IMG/VR virus record: IMGVR_UViG_3300027759_004177
Location: 1 to 64,000 of that record
DNA: 64,000 nt
Direction: 5' to 3' (one strand)
Below are positions 9,214 through 18,746 of the stretch, one piece after another. A program made the position numbers and the translations under genes. The notes under the pieces are model-generated. The model was not told where the DNA came from and did not search any database. It saw only the letters and a program-made list of their open reading frames with translations. Each line of letters begins with the position of its first letter. Positions within the stretch are counted from its first letter, which is position 1.

Positions 9214-10314
9214 TTATGCCTTGAGCATGTTAATAAGATTAGGGAAAGTTTTTGTAAAATCTAAATTTCTGCGTTTATCTATTGTGTTTAACGAGTATAC
9301 AACATTGTCTATATTTTTGTCAAATGGTTTGGTAAGAAATTCTGCACAATTATGTAAACTGTTGCCAAATGTTGTGTTTGGATTATATCTATTTAGATCG
9401 CTGATTAAATCACCTAAAATTTTATCACCAAAATTTCTAGCGTCCAAATATTTTGGTTGTGTCAAGTAATGTACTGCTGTGCGATCAATATCTACGCCCA
9501 AATCAATAAGATATTCCCCAGTTTCAACAATGTTGGTAGAGAGCAAGAAATAATTCATTGTTACACCAATTTTCTCCTGGGGCCATTGTTGAATCAATTG
9601 TCGAAGGTTCGTTTCAAACTCCGACCATACTCCTGGATGCCTGATATACTCAAATTGAGCACCTGTGGCTTCAACACTGATTTCCCATTGCACATTGTTA
9701 AACTGTTTTATTTTAGAATAAATTCCAGTTTTTAAATTTGAAAGATTAGTGGTGATGCGTACCAAGCAATCAGGATTGGCCGCATATAATCGATCCAACA
9801 GTTCGCCATTTTCTTTAATCATCAACGGTTCGCCGCCGGCCAAGTATACTTCTTGAAGTCCCGCCAGTTTATCGTGTGTGTAATCTTTCAATTGATCAAA
9901 TGTGGAACAATCGGCATTGACAGTTTGTCCCATTTCAGCCGCCCACAAACTGCTAAAGTATGGACCACAATAAACACAGGCATAGTTACAGACGTTTGAC
10001 CAGCGTAGATCCAGTTGTGTCAGTTTATGCGTACCATCGTAATCAATGTCAACGTCCTTGTGTAATTTGAGCTGGTATGCTCGATTACTAAACTCAGGAT
10101 CTACAGTTTCTCTTTGCTCGCATAGCTGACAGCTTTTGGGCCAGTGACCTGATTTTAAACTGTTTCTTATTTGTTGATTTTGTGTGTTGTCTAATATTAC
10201 AGCAATTGGTGAAGATTTTAAGTTGCCCAGGGTTTCTTGGCTCATGGCACAATTTCTAACAGAACCATCGGGATTAACAGCGACGCCAGTCCACGGAAGC
10301 GGACAAGCGATCAT
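9214..10314 (-). CDS. radical SAM protein with N-terminal twitch/SPASM-like domain
   Basis: CPLPW..PDGSVRNC, CQLC, then CNYACVYC, GGEP, TTN. Confidence 0.85.
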   Translation of the reverse strand: MIACPLPWTGVAVNPDGSVRNCAMSQETLGNLKSSPIAVILDNTQNQQIRNSLKSGHWPKSCQLCEQRETVDPEFSNRAYQLKLHKDVDIDYDGTHKLTQLDLRWSNVCNYACVYCGPYFSSLWAAEMGQTVNADCSTFDQLKDYTHDKLAGLQEVYLAGGEPLMIKENGELLDRLYAANPDCLVRITTNLSNLKTGIYSKIKQFNNVQWEISVEATGAQFEYIRHPGVWSEFETNLRQLIQQWPQEKIGVTMNYFLLSTNIVETGEYLIDLGVDIDRTAVHYLTQPKYLDARNFGDKILGDLISDLNRYNPNTTFGNSLHNCAEFLTKPFDKNIDNVVYSLNTIDKRRNLDFTKTFPNLINMLKA

Positions 10315-10826
10315 TTTATAACTTCGTCTTGTGTGTATTTGGACCAATCCGTAAACTTAGTACGATCCTTTAAGTCATGTAACTGGTGACACCATACTCC
10401 GGGATTGGTTGCTGCAAAGTCTTTGTCATCCAGCTTTATTGTGGCGTTGTATCCCAAAAGTTGCAGATATGGTAGTTTAACACTGATCATTGGGATGAAA
10501 TTGTTGTACTCGATCAAACAGCCCTGGGCTAGACCTTCTGCACTAGACACATCCAAGTCCAAAGTACACAATAGACCTCGTTGTAAACATGAGGTGATCA
10601 TGCCTTCCCATTCACGCCAAGTATCGCCATCGTCGACGTCAGGATTGGGAAAACTTTGGTTGGCACCAAAATAAACATGGTTGCAATTATTGTCCATGAC
10701 CATATTGATAATAACGCCGGCGTCTTGTACACCAACCACAAATAAAGTTTTATGTCCAAATGCCGGGCTATGCTCTACTTCCCGGCCAACAAAGAAATTT
10801 ACTTGTTCGTGTCCTGCTCTGTTCAT
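10311..10826 (-). CDS. hypothetical protein coupled to the DpdA-like gene
   Basis: 171 aa ORF whose ATG overlaps the stop of the TGT-fold gene. Confidence 0.75.
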   Translation of the reverse strand: MNRAGHEQVNFFVGREVEHSPAFGHKTLFVVGVQDAGVIINMVMDNNCNHVYFGANQSFPNPDVDDGDTWREWEGMITSCLQRGLLCTLDLDVSSAEGLAQGCLIEYNNFIPMISVKLPYLQLLGYNATIKLDDKDFAATNPGVWCHQLHDLKDRTKFTDWSKYTQDEVIK

Positions 10827-12385
10827 TCTGCCTCCAGTGCGTCTAGTTTAGTTTGATCAAATTCTTGTTCTGTTGTTTCTTCTACAATTTCTACATCATC
10901 TTCAAAATAAAACAATTTACTAAAATTGGCACTACCGTTAACAGCTTTCTTGCCTTTGAATCCTCTAGTACCAACAATTTCACACCAATACCCGGTATCT
11001 CCTTTATACATATCAATGATCTCCATCGATGTTGCTTTATCTGGGGCAGCAAAGATTGCTTCTACGATGTCTTCAAAATATTCACCACCCGGGCCTGAGC
11101 TACGCATCATGGCAGGATGAGCACCGGCATCAAATCTACGATTGGCTTCTTGTACCGCTGTCAAATGCATCCATACATTATGACCCATTAACAATGCGTA
11201 ACTAAAACTATCCCATGACGTTTTGCCTTCTTTGCCATTCTTGTTTACATCGCCTGGTTTGTAGTAGCAAATGTCTTTCATTTTAAACAAGTTACTAAGT
11301 GGACTGTCTTCCCAACGTGGATACTTGCCATCCGCTACCACTCCGTCACTCCACTTGCGTGTGTCTGTTGCGTACTTTTTGTCATCTGCACTAGGAGCCA
11401 TCCTGTATGACCACTTGCCGTTGTCGGGAAACACATTTTCAAAGTATACCTGTCCGTTGGCAGTTGCCAAGAATGGACTAGCACAATCAAAGCTGATAGT
11501 GAAACTAGGATTTACATATTTTCTAACGTTTCGTTGTATTACAGTTAACAGTACTGCCCACTCTAGTTTGCTTGTGCCCAAGAAGTGCATCCAATCGTGA
11601 ACACCTTCTTGTAACAAGTTATCATGACGTAGAGTAACTAAACGTCTGAGAATCAACTCTACGTCACACATGTTTTGTCCACCCATGGCCCATCCGTTAA
11701 AGTGTGTGTCTGGATGTTGCACAGGATCACAATAGTGTTTCATGGTTTCGTACCAATCGTCGGCCTCAATGTGGTTGGCACCTTGTAATACATTTAAGAT
11801 CTTAACACCACCGTTCTTGATACCTTTACGATTGGTCATAAAGTAATCATTGTTGTATTTGGTAGCATCAACAGCTTCCTGGTGCGTACTGATACCACAT
11901 TTCTTACCTGCTTCTTTATCTAGTGCAACCCAGGTTGGAATATCAAGGGTCATACCGTAGTCAGCAATGCCATCAAGCCAAGCCAAAACCTGTTCTCGTT
12001 TTTTCTGTGCTTTGGGACATCCTGAATTGGCCTTCCAATCGCCTTCCCATAATCCTTTGGCAATCTGGAATCCACCAGAGTCGCCTAAGATCAGTGTGTT
12101 GGGATCACGATTGCGTACCATATCCTCTGACCAGTCCTGTTTGGCAAGGTCGAGGTTTGCGTGGCCACCGGAGTAAAGAGACCACTTGTAAGGAAACAAC
12201 GCTTTTTGATCATTCAACCAGTTGAGTTGTTCCATGTCTGTTATGCCTTGCGGAAAACGTGTAGGATCCACATAAGGTCCGGCAGGATCACGTTGCTTGC
12301 CTATGAACGTGGCATAGAAACCACTGATGGCTGGAAGGAACACAGCATAGTCTGATTGTTTGGCAGTTAAGTTATCTTGGCTCAT
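10823..12385 (-). CDS. TGT-fold transglycosylase, DpdA-like (inserts 7-deazaguanine derivative into DNA)
   Basis: GDSGGFQ, MTLD, VLQG, GWAMGG, HFLG, SFDCAS align with TGT substrate-binding/catalytic motifs; no CxCxxC zinc site. Confidence 0.75.
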   Translation of the reverse strand: MSQDNLTAKQSDYAVFLPAISGFYATFIGKQRDPAGPYVDPTRFPQGITDMEQLNWLNDQKALFPYKWSLYSGGHANLDLAKQDWSEDMVRNRDPNTLILGDSGGFQIAKGLWEGDWKANSGCPKAQKKREQVLAWLDGIADYGMTLDIPTWVALDKEAGKKCGISTHQEAVDATKYNNDYFMTNRKGIKNGGVKILNVLQGANHIEADDWYETMKHYCDPVQHPDTHFNGWAMGGQNMCDVELILRRLVTLRHDNLLQEGVHDWMHFLGTSKLEWAVLLTVIQRNVRKYVNPSFTISFDCASPFLATANGQVYFENVFPDNGKWSYRMAPSADDKKYATDTRKWSDGVVADGKYPRWEDSPLSNLFKMKDICYYKPGDVNKNGKEGKTSWDSFSYALLMGHNVWMHLTAVQEANRRFDAGAHPAMMRSSGPGGEYFEDIVEAIFAAPDKATSMEIIDMYKGDTGYWCEIVGTRGFKGKKAVNGSANFSKLFYFEDDVEIVEETTEQEFDQTKLDALEAE

Positions 12386-13010
12386 AGTAAAATTGTGTTT
12401 GATTGATAAAATTGTAGTCCTCTTGGAATCTAGCAACTACTTTGGCTTTTAATGTAAAATCGTCCAGTATCCTATTTTTTATAAATTTAGTTACGACTTG
12501 TTGATCGTAATGATCTTCGGAAACATTTGACTCAACCGGGGCTACGGTGAAAGGTTGTGAGATGCAAGCACCCATATTGTCAATCACACACCGATCTAGT
12601 TTAAAATATGTAACAGGTACGCCTGGCAATAGTTGGTCGAGTTGTTTGATAAATCTAATCTGCGGTGTGGTATGATCATCAACGATCAAGGTTTCAAACA
12701 ACAGCCGTTCAGATAAATTATTATAGTGTTCAATAAAGTGATCACTTCCATACCCCGGTCCCAATATCCAACTGCTAATATATGTACCAACTCCACTGAC
12801 CCAACGATCAACAGGGTCTTTTAGCACAACCATTGCGTGTTCAATTCGATCACTGTCGTCACCTAATGTATGATAGTGCCATCCATTGGCCAGTAGTGTG
12901 TTAGACAGATACGTACTGGCGTTTTTAGGAATATTTAGATAAAAGTTTTTTTTATCTGGACTACGCAATCCGCCACCTGCTAAGTATCCGCGTCTAACTG
13001 CTTCTTTCAT
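12372..13010 (-). CDS. sulfotransferase-like protein
   Basis: YLNIPKNASTYL (PAPS 5' loop-like) and KDPVDRWVSG. Confidence 0.6.
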   Translation of the reverse strand: MKEAVRRGYLAGGGLRSPDKKNFYLNIPKNASTYLSNTLLANGWHYHTLGDDSDRIEHAMVVLKDPVDRWVSGVGTYISSWILGPGYGSDHFIEHYNNLSERLLFETLIVDDHTTPQIRFIKQLDQLLPGVPVTYFKLDRCVIDNMGACISQPFTVAPVESNVSEDHYDQQVVTKFIKNRILDDFTLKAKVVARFQEDYNFINQTQFYYEPR

Positions 13011-13744
13011 TACTTGGTTTGTGCTGGCAACATGTATTTGTAAACAGCCAAACCTGAATCCACAGTGATTTCAGCAACACCTTCATCACTGATCTTGAAT
13101 GTTTTATCTCCGGGCAAGCTCAAAATACTATTGACAACTGCCACAGGCCAATTCAATTGTTTACTTAAACTGCCCGGTGTTGCGGCAAATGTAAATGATC
13201 CTGCATGGCTGCTGGCTTCGCCAAAGAAAAACTTTAGTTCGCCATTTTCTGTTTTGCTGGAGAATGTGGTAGCATCTGAGTGTGCCATTGCTTGAAACTT
13301 CAACTTCTGAATGCTCAGTGCTGTGGGAACAACTTCAACACCCCACTTGACTGGTTTCATCTTAACGTTCTTGAGTTGATCATTAATGACAGCAGTGGTC
13401 ATAAATCGATATGAATTTTTAAAGTCTCCGCCTTTGTTTTCAAAGTTGATGCTGGCAGGAACATCTGTGCCGTCCGAATCTTTCTGTGTTGCTACAGCAA
13501 GTTTGGCACCTTCCTTGTATTCAGGAATGTTAAGGATGGTGTTTAAACGATCCAAGTTTGGCATACCAAACACGCCTTGGAATTCGGCAATGGGTGCTTT
13601 GAATTCGGCATTCAGAACTACTGTTTTGGTAGCTTGGTCAAAAGCATTAATGGCTGTGCCGTTGGCATCGCCTGTGACCTTGATCATGCTAATAACGCCC
13701 AAGCCATAAGTGTGTTGTACAATATCTTTTAAGTGATCAAACAT
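13010..13744 (-). CDS. putative DNA polymerase sliding clamp
   Basis: ~245 aa beta-rich two-domain pattern ending YKYMLPA; near polB; clamp loader present in window; start MFDHLK after GGAG. Confidence 0.55.
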   Translation of the reverse strand: MFDHLKDIVQHTYGLGVISMIKVTGDANGTAINAFDQATKTVVLNAEFKAPIAEFQGVFGMPNLDRLNTILNIPEYKEGAKLAVATQKDSDGTDVPASINFENKGGDFKNSYRFMTTAVINDQLKNVKMKPVKWGVEVVPTALSIQKLKFQAMAHSDATTFSSKTENGELKFFFGEASSHAGSFTFAATPGSLSKQLNWPVAVVNSILSLPGDKTFKISDEGVAEITVDSGLAVYKYMLPAQTK

Positions 13745-13769
13745 TTTTTTATTCTCCGTAAGTGTAGTA

Positions 13770-13798
13770 ATTGTATAATAGTATTTAGAAAAAGTCAA
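13770..13798 (-). promoter_or_regulatory. sigma70-like promoter with embedded TAAATA
   Basis: TTGACT-17-TACAAT with TAAATA in spacer; same architecture as folE promoter. Confidence 0.65.
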
Positions 13799-14745
13799 TG
13801 GTCTCGTCTTTTTATTTCGCCTAATACCTGATGTGCTTTGACCGTTTCCAGTGTGCCAGGCCGTTTGAGTTCGATCCAACTGACTGTGGTTCCTTGACCA
13901 TGTACGTCTTTGATGTAATATACCTCAAAACCCAAACTCTCACACATGGGTATCAACATGCTTTTTGGCATATAACTCATCCAAAAACTTTCTGCATAGT
14001 TGGCACCGTCGACTAAGTCGCCGTTGTTATAACTAAACATAAAAATGCCACCCGGACGTAACAGTCCCTTGACCGATTTTAAATATTCTTTTATAGTATC
14101 GAGACTGCGATAGTTTAGGAAATTCCAACAAAATACAAATCCAAATTGTCCCTGAGGCAATGCATCAAAATTGGTATCTTTGACAAGATATAGTCTTAGT
14201 CTGCGTTGATACTCATCTGGAAACTGACTGACTGTAGATTGTAAAAAATCTCTGTAGTGATCAGTGACATATAACGGATCAGCAGCCACAATGTGTTTGG
14301 TCCACTCACCATCCCGGCATCCAATTTCTAGTGCTGGATATTTCCAATTGGTATTTAATTGTATGCGATTATGAATTTCTGTTTGTAAAGATTCAGATAA
14401 CTCCATCACCCGTAATTTTCGTATGTTGCTCACTGCCTCTTCTTCGACACGCAATTCTAATTCGTAGTTATTGGTAAACAAGTGAGCCGCTTCCACGTGT
14501 ATCTGTTGATTTATTTTGTCGATGATGAGATCGAATCGAGACTGACTAAATTGTAAATCCTGGTGTAGTCTAGCAAAATCTCCAGTCAATTGATGGATTT
14601 CTGTTTGTACATCTGCCAATGGCGTTTCGTTGGCAATAGCACCAATGCGATTTTCTAAACTGTTAATACCCAAGGTAATGTCGTGAGTCGTGTACTCTGA
14701 TTTTAACAGCTCTCGGATTCGAACAAGTTCAGTTAATTTTTTCAT
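13795..14745 (-). CDS. class I SAM-dependent methyltransferase with N-terminal coiled coil
   Basis: ALEIGCRDG motif I; FGFVF; LLRPGGIFMF. Confidence 0.75.
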   Translation of the reverse strand: MKKLTELVRIRELLKSEYTTHDITLGINSLENRIGAIANETPLADVQTEIHQLTGDFARLHQDLQFSQSRFDLIIDKINQQIHVEAAHLFTNNYELELRVEEEAVSNIRKLRVMELSESLQTEIHNRIQLNTNWKYPALEIGCRDGEWTKHIVAADPLYVTDHYRDFLQSTVSQFPDEYQRRLRLYLVKDTNFDALPQGQFGFVFCWNFLNYRSLDTIKEYLKSVKGLLRPGGIFMFSYNNGDLVDGANYAESFWMSYMPKSMLIPMCESLGFEVYYIKDVHGQGTTVSWIELKRPGTLETVKAHQVLGEIKRRDH

Positions 14746-17405
14746 TATTCAAAACTAAACAAATCATCAAAGGTTGTTTTAATATCTGTTGATTCAGCAA
14801 TACGCCACTCTAGCACACCCAACAAGTTCTCTACCTTTTGATCCACAATGGTTGATTCCATTGTGCTATCATCGAATGGCAAGTCTTTGAACCACTGCGG
14901 TATATGAGTTTCGTCTGTGGGATAGCCCACAGACGTATATCCCACTGGATTGTCTTTGAGTTTACACACGATGGTTTTCATACCGTCTACGATGGTTGTT
15001 GAATAGTTGTCGCCATGCATACGCTTTAGGTTGTTCCAGTTCATTGCGGCTCTAACGTGTCCGGGCATGTTGGCTTTGCCCAGACGTGCTTCTTCTGCTG
15101 CATACTTGGTCAAGTTGTTCACACGCTTGGGCGTGCCTTTTTCCCAGGCTGGTCTGGTAGCAAACAATAACTTGAATTCTTTGACTTTTTCAATAACAGC
15201 TTCTCGGCCGGCACCTGTTAACACATCCATGAGTAGCTCACTCAAGAAGTCTTGTACTACCTTGGGTGTATCTGATCGCTTGAGATCCAAGCCCATGGCC
15301 TTCATCTTGCCTGGCTTGCCGTGTGTGTCTAGTCGCACACCTTCCATGTCAAAGATCAACACGCCATAACGTTTCTTTTTGATAAACAAGCCCTTACTTG
15401 CAATAAGTTCACGACCGGCTGCAATAATGGCACCCATCTCTCTAGGACAATGACAAGCACGTTCCATGAATGTTGGGAAACTGGCATTTACTGAGTCGGC
15501 AATGGTATCATATAACTGCACACAGATTTCTCTGTTCCATTCCATGCGACCTGCGGCTACTTCCTCTTTGATTTGCGGCCAGGCTGAGAAATAGACCGAG
15601 TCCGTGTCGCCGTAGATGATACTTGCGCCAACGTGGTCATACTGGCCGGTAATAGCTTCATTGACGTGTGCGTCCATGTGCTTTGCAATGATCCGGCCCG
15701 TAAGCGTCGTAGATTGGCCAATCCTTTGATCAAAGAAGCGGCAACCCGGGTTAAGGATCGCCCCGTAAAGTGAGTTAAGGTTAATTTTTTTAACGAGTTG
15801 CCGCTTGTCCCAGAACGCTTGATCTTCCTTAGATGTTGCGGTTTTCTTCTTATCTTGCATTTCCTTACGTTCAGCATACCATCTCTCCAATAGGCCAGGG
15901 ATAATACCCTTGACATCATATTTAAATATTGTGCCATTGGCACTCAAAGTCCATGGCTGACGACTGTCAAATATCAAGCGCCATACATCTGCGGCACTCA
16001 TTACATCCGAACCACCCTGTTCCCAGTCTACAGTAATCTCAGTGCCTGGTTCCATGTTCATCACTGCTTGATACTCTAGGGTACCAAACATGTTTTCCCA
16101 GGCATCAGCAAAGCTCGATCCACTCGCCAGCTTTTCTTGGATGTAGTGGTCGGTCATTACAGTTCTTAACTGACCAACGACCGTTTCTGGTCCCATGTTA
16201 AGAGCACGGATCGCTGACGGGTAGAGACTGTTAAGGTCGATCGCTCCGATGTATTCGTGCATACCTTTTTTGGGGTAAGCAACGTAGGCACCTGCCGCTT
16301 GTGTGTCACCTTGATCATCTCTGCTTCTCCTGTTAGGTACTACTAGCCCACGGCTGTGAGCCTCATTGATAATGGCTTGTTCGGTAACTGCCACAGCACC
16401 CATGGTGGTTTGCAGTAGCACAGTATTGTCATGTGCTAGTTCATTAGCCAAGTCTAAGAAGCGTAGTTTCTTATCTAACTTGGCAAGAATCATTGTGTCT
16501 TGGCGATTGTAGTCAATGAACTTGGGAAAGTCTTTGTTGTACAGTTGATCCAAGGTGCCTTCGTACTGTGTCTTGCGGTCACCCAGTTCGTATTCGGCAA
16601 TGGCATCCAGGCTATAACTGTGACGTTCTTCATAAGTGTATTTGCGATACAGTTGCATGTAGTCTAAGTGAACACGACCCAGCAAGTCAAAGGTCAAGTT
16701 CTCTGCACCAAAGCGTTCAAACACACGTTGCTTGGGCAGTTGCCCCCACAAGCATAGTCTACGTGTGTCGTCCTTGCTGAGAACTCTAGTGATACGCATT
16801 GTGGTATAAGGAATATCGAAGCCCTCACTGTTCCATCCCGACAAGATATCTGCATCTTCAATCAGGTCAAGGAATGTGTTGAGCATGTCCTCTTCTCGTT
16901 CAAACAAAAAACAGTTGTCATATTGAGCACAAATTTCTTCAGCAGTTTGCCAACTGTAACTCTTGGGCGGAACCACCAGCGTGACCATTTTGTCCATCCA
17001 GTCCATGTAGACTGAGACAGCAGTGATAGCGTTAAAGGGATCTTCAGGTTTTGAATAGCCTCTAAGTGGATCAAAGTCCACCTCAATGTCAAAAAAGGCT
17101 GTTTGTAGTTTTGGCGAGTCTACGCCTAGATAATTTTCTTCAAGACAACGGAAGATGGGATTGATATCTGACTCCCATAGTCGCTTGTTACCGTTGATGC
17201 GTTGCTCTTTGTGGAACTCTTTGCCGTTTTTTGTGGCAAAGCGTGTGACAGGCGTGTCAAAGATTGTGCGGAATTTTCCTCTGGGGTCATCGTAGTAGAA
17301 CACATAGTTGGCCGGATACTCAGTATAAATTCGTTCTCCGTTCACACGTTCTACCACGTGTATGCGATCTTTGTCGCGATCAAACAATGCATCTATATAA
17401 CTCAT
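14745..17405 (-). CDS. DNA polymerase family B
   Basis: Exonuclease FDIE, WNSEGFDIPY, YNRQD; polymerase DLNSLYPS, KINLNSLYG, YGDTDS. Confidence 0.97.
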   Translation of the reverse strand: MSYIDALFDRDKDRIHVVERVNGERIYTEYPANYVFYYDDPRGKFRTIFDTPVTRFATKNGKEFHKEQRINGNKRLWESDINPIFRCLEENYLGVDSPKLQTAFFDIEVDFDPLRGYSKPEDPFNAITAVSVYMDWMDKMVTLVVPPKSYSWQTAEEICAQYDNCFLFEREEDMLNTFLDLIEDADILSGWNSEGFDIPYTTMRITRVLSKDDTRRLCLWGQLPKQRVFERFGAENLTFDLLGRVHLDYMQLYRKYTYEERHSYSLDAIAEYELGDRKTQYEGTLDQLYNKDFPKFIDYNRQDTMILAKLDKKLRFLDLANELAHDNTVLLQTTMGAVAVTEQAIINEAHSRGLVVPNRRSRDDQGDTQAAGAYVAYPKKGMHEYIGAIDLNSLYPSAIRALNMGPETVVGQLRTVMTDHYIQEKLASGSSFADAWENMFGTLEYQAVMNMEPGTEITVDWEQGGSDVMSAADVWRLIFDSRQPWTLSANGTIFKYDVKGIIPGLLERWYAERKEMQDKKKTATSKEDQAFWDKRQLVKKINLNSLYGAILNPGCRFFDQRIGQSTTLTGRIIAKHMDAHVNEAITGQYDHVGASIIYGDTDSVYFSAWPQIKEEVAAGRMEWNREICVQLYDTIADSVNASFPTFMERACHCPREMGAIIAAGRELIASKGLFIKKKRYGVLIFDMEGVRLDTHGKPGKMKAMGLDLKRSDTPKVVQDFLSELLMDVLTGAGREAVIEKVKEFKLLFATRPAWEKGTPKRVNNLTKYAAEEARLGKANMPGHVRAAMNWNNLKRMHGDNYSTTIVDGMKTIVCKLKDNPVGYTSVGYPTDETHIPQWFKDLPFDDSTMESTIVDQKVENLLGVLEWRIAESTDIKTTFDDLFSFE

Positions 17406-17474
17406 AACTCTCCAATGTGTGCCGCTTTGAGCCGACACTTGCTCTACATGCTGATTAAGTCAGCGACTCTGTAT

Positions 17475-17503
17475 ATTATACTATCTTACTTAGCGTTTAG
17501 CAA
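17475..17503 (-). promoter_or_regulatory. sigma70-like promoter for DNA polymerase
   Basis: TTGCTA-17-TATAAT. Confidence 0.6.
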
Positions 17504-18011
17504 GAGCAATATCAAAAGAAATTGCCCGTCGTGTGCCAACAAATTCACATTTTGGAACCGAATGTCTAATATGACTGGGCCATATTAAAAGCATGCCTGC
17601 TGTGGGATTTATGATATGTATTTTGGTATCATTGTGAAACTGTATAGGTCCAGATCCTGTGGGAATTTCTACATAGTAAGTACCGCTGAAATGGCATTCA
17701 TCGTGCTGATGTGGAGCATGACACAACTCAGCAGTCATAGCAAACGGCCAGATGCCAATCAGCACTGACCGTTGGGAAAAATTATTGTATTGTTGTTGTA
17801 AAAATATATTAACGTGGGTGTTGATAAAATTTACAAATGGATTATTTTGATACAGTTGATCAATTTGATCAATGTTGTTGGCATTTCTTAGACCACGTAG
17901 TTCGTTAGTCCAATTTAAATCTGCTGTGCCATTGAACCAAGACTGTGCATAGTTTACAAAATCTTGATCCTGACATTCGTACAACCAGTCATCAAACACC
18001 TGATGCAACAT
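17490..18011 (-). CDS. putative 2OG-Fe(II) oxygenase
   Basis: HQH..FSGTYYV, GMLLIWPSHIRHSV, RRAISFD. Confidence 0.75.
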   Translation of the reverse strand: MLHQVFDDWLYECQDQDFVNYAQSWFNGTADLNWTNELRGLRNANNIDQIDQLYQNNPFVNFINTHVNIFLQQQYNNFSQRSVLIGIWPFAMTAELCHAPHQHDECHFSGTYYVEIPTGSGPIQFHNDTKIHIINPTAGMLLIWPSHIRHSVPKCEFVGTRRAISFDIALAKR

Positions 18012-18316
18012 TAGGTGGTTTTAATAATAAATCTAATCAGTCCAATGGCATCTATAAAAATAAGAAATGCATAATTGGCCAATAGACCAAAACTGCCTCG
18101 TGTCCAGCAGGTCCAAGCTGCCGCTGCACAACCAGCAATAAAAATACTGTATAAGGGAATGACAGGAATTTCTGGAACACTTACAGCAAAGATAATGGCA
18201 CTGACTACACTACAGGCCCAACTAAAAACTTCAGCACAAAAACGCAAAGGCCACTCGTGGTAGTCTTTTTTTATGTAGTCCCAGGTAGCGTAGATCCAGT
18301 CGCCGAACGGAAACAT
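18011..18316 (-). CDS. small membrane protein
   Basis: Three hydrophobic segments. Confidence 0.7.
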   Translation of the reverse strand: MFPFGDWIYATWDYIKKDYHEWPLRFCAEVFSWACSVVSAIIFAVSVPEIPVIPLYSIFIAGCAAAAWTCWTRGSFGLLANYAFLIFIDAIGLIRFIIKTT

Positions 18317-18576
18317 TAAAGTGTTTTACCTACAGTTTCAAGAATTGTGTTTAATTCTTCGTGATCGTTGTTGGTTTCACCTAGTTTGGATTTTTGGGCA
18401 ATCTTGATAGCCTTCTTCAAGATAGCTGGTTTGATTTCCATTTCTTCAGCAATAGCTTTTACTGTGTCTGATAGACCGGCATTGAGGTCCTCAATTTCTT
18501 GTAGCACAGCCATACCTTCGTTGATGATTTGGGTTAATTTGGCTTTTTGCTCATTGCTAAACATACGTGTTGACAT
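18316..18576 (-). CDS. putative dsDNA-binding protein (T4 DsbA/GapR-like)
   Basis: Helical EIEDL..GLSDTVKAIAEEMEIKPAILKKAIKIA pattern. Confidence 0.55.
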   Translation of the reverse strand: MSTRMFSNEQKAKLTQIINEGMAVLQEIEDLNAGLSDTVKAIAEEMEIKPAILKKAIKIAQKSKLGETNNDHEELNTILETVGKTL

Positions 18577-18600
18577 TTGAATCTCCTAGTTGAAAAACAT

Positions 18601-18629
18601 ATTATATACTACTTATTTTGATAAAGCAA
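18601..18629 (-). promoter_or_regulatory. sigma70-like promoter
   Basis: TTGCTT-17-TATAAT. Confidence 0.6.
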
Positions 18630-18647
18630 GAGTGTTTTGGAAAAGTT

Positions 18648-18746
18648 GCTCACTTTAAACATACATTCCGGGGCACGACTCCCAAATATGTTAGCCCAGC
18701 AGCCGGGCATACACTAGTAACGCATAACGTCCTAAGGTAGTGTATT
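18648..18746 (-). ncRNA. candidate structured RNA with three adjacent hairpins
   Basis: Stems AUACACUA/UAGUGUAU, GCCCGG/CUGGGC, AACAUA..GGG/CCC..UAUGUU; not terminator-like. Confidence 0.5.

Noticed and set aside
10823-12385. Ordinary queuine tRNA-ribosyltransferase
   Set aside because: No CxCxxC zinc motif, His in HFLG, large insertions and a replication-linked phage context favour a DNA-acting DpdA type; not formally excluded
13745-13879. Long N-terminal extensions in the ORF track (also 37457-37663, 53897-53998, 61878-61955)
   Set aside because: They overlap promoters or neighbouring genes; downstream ATGs have better RBS/promoter context
18714-18734. UAG read-through element for the 218-aa gene
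   Set aside because: A second in-frame UAG follows five codons later
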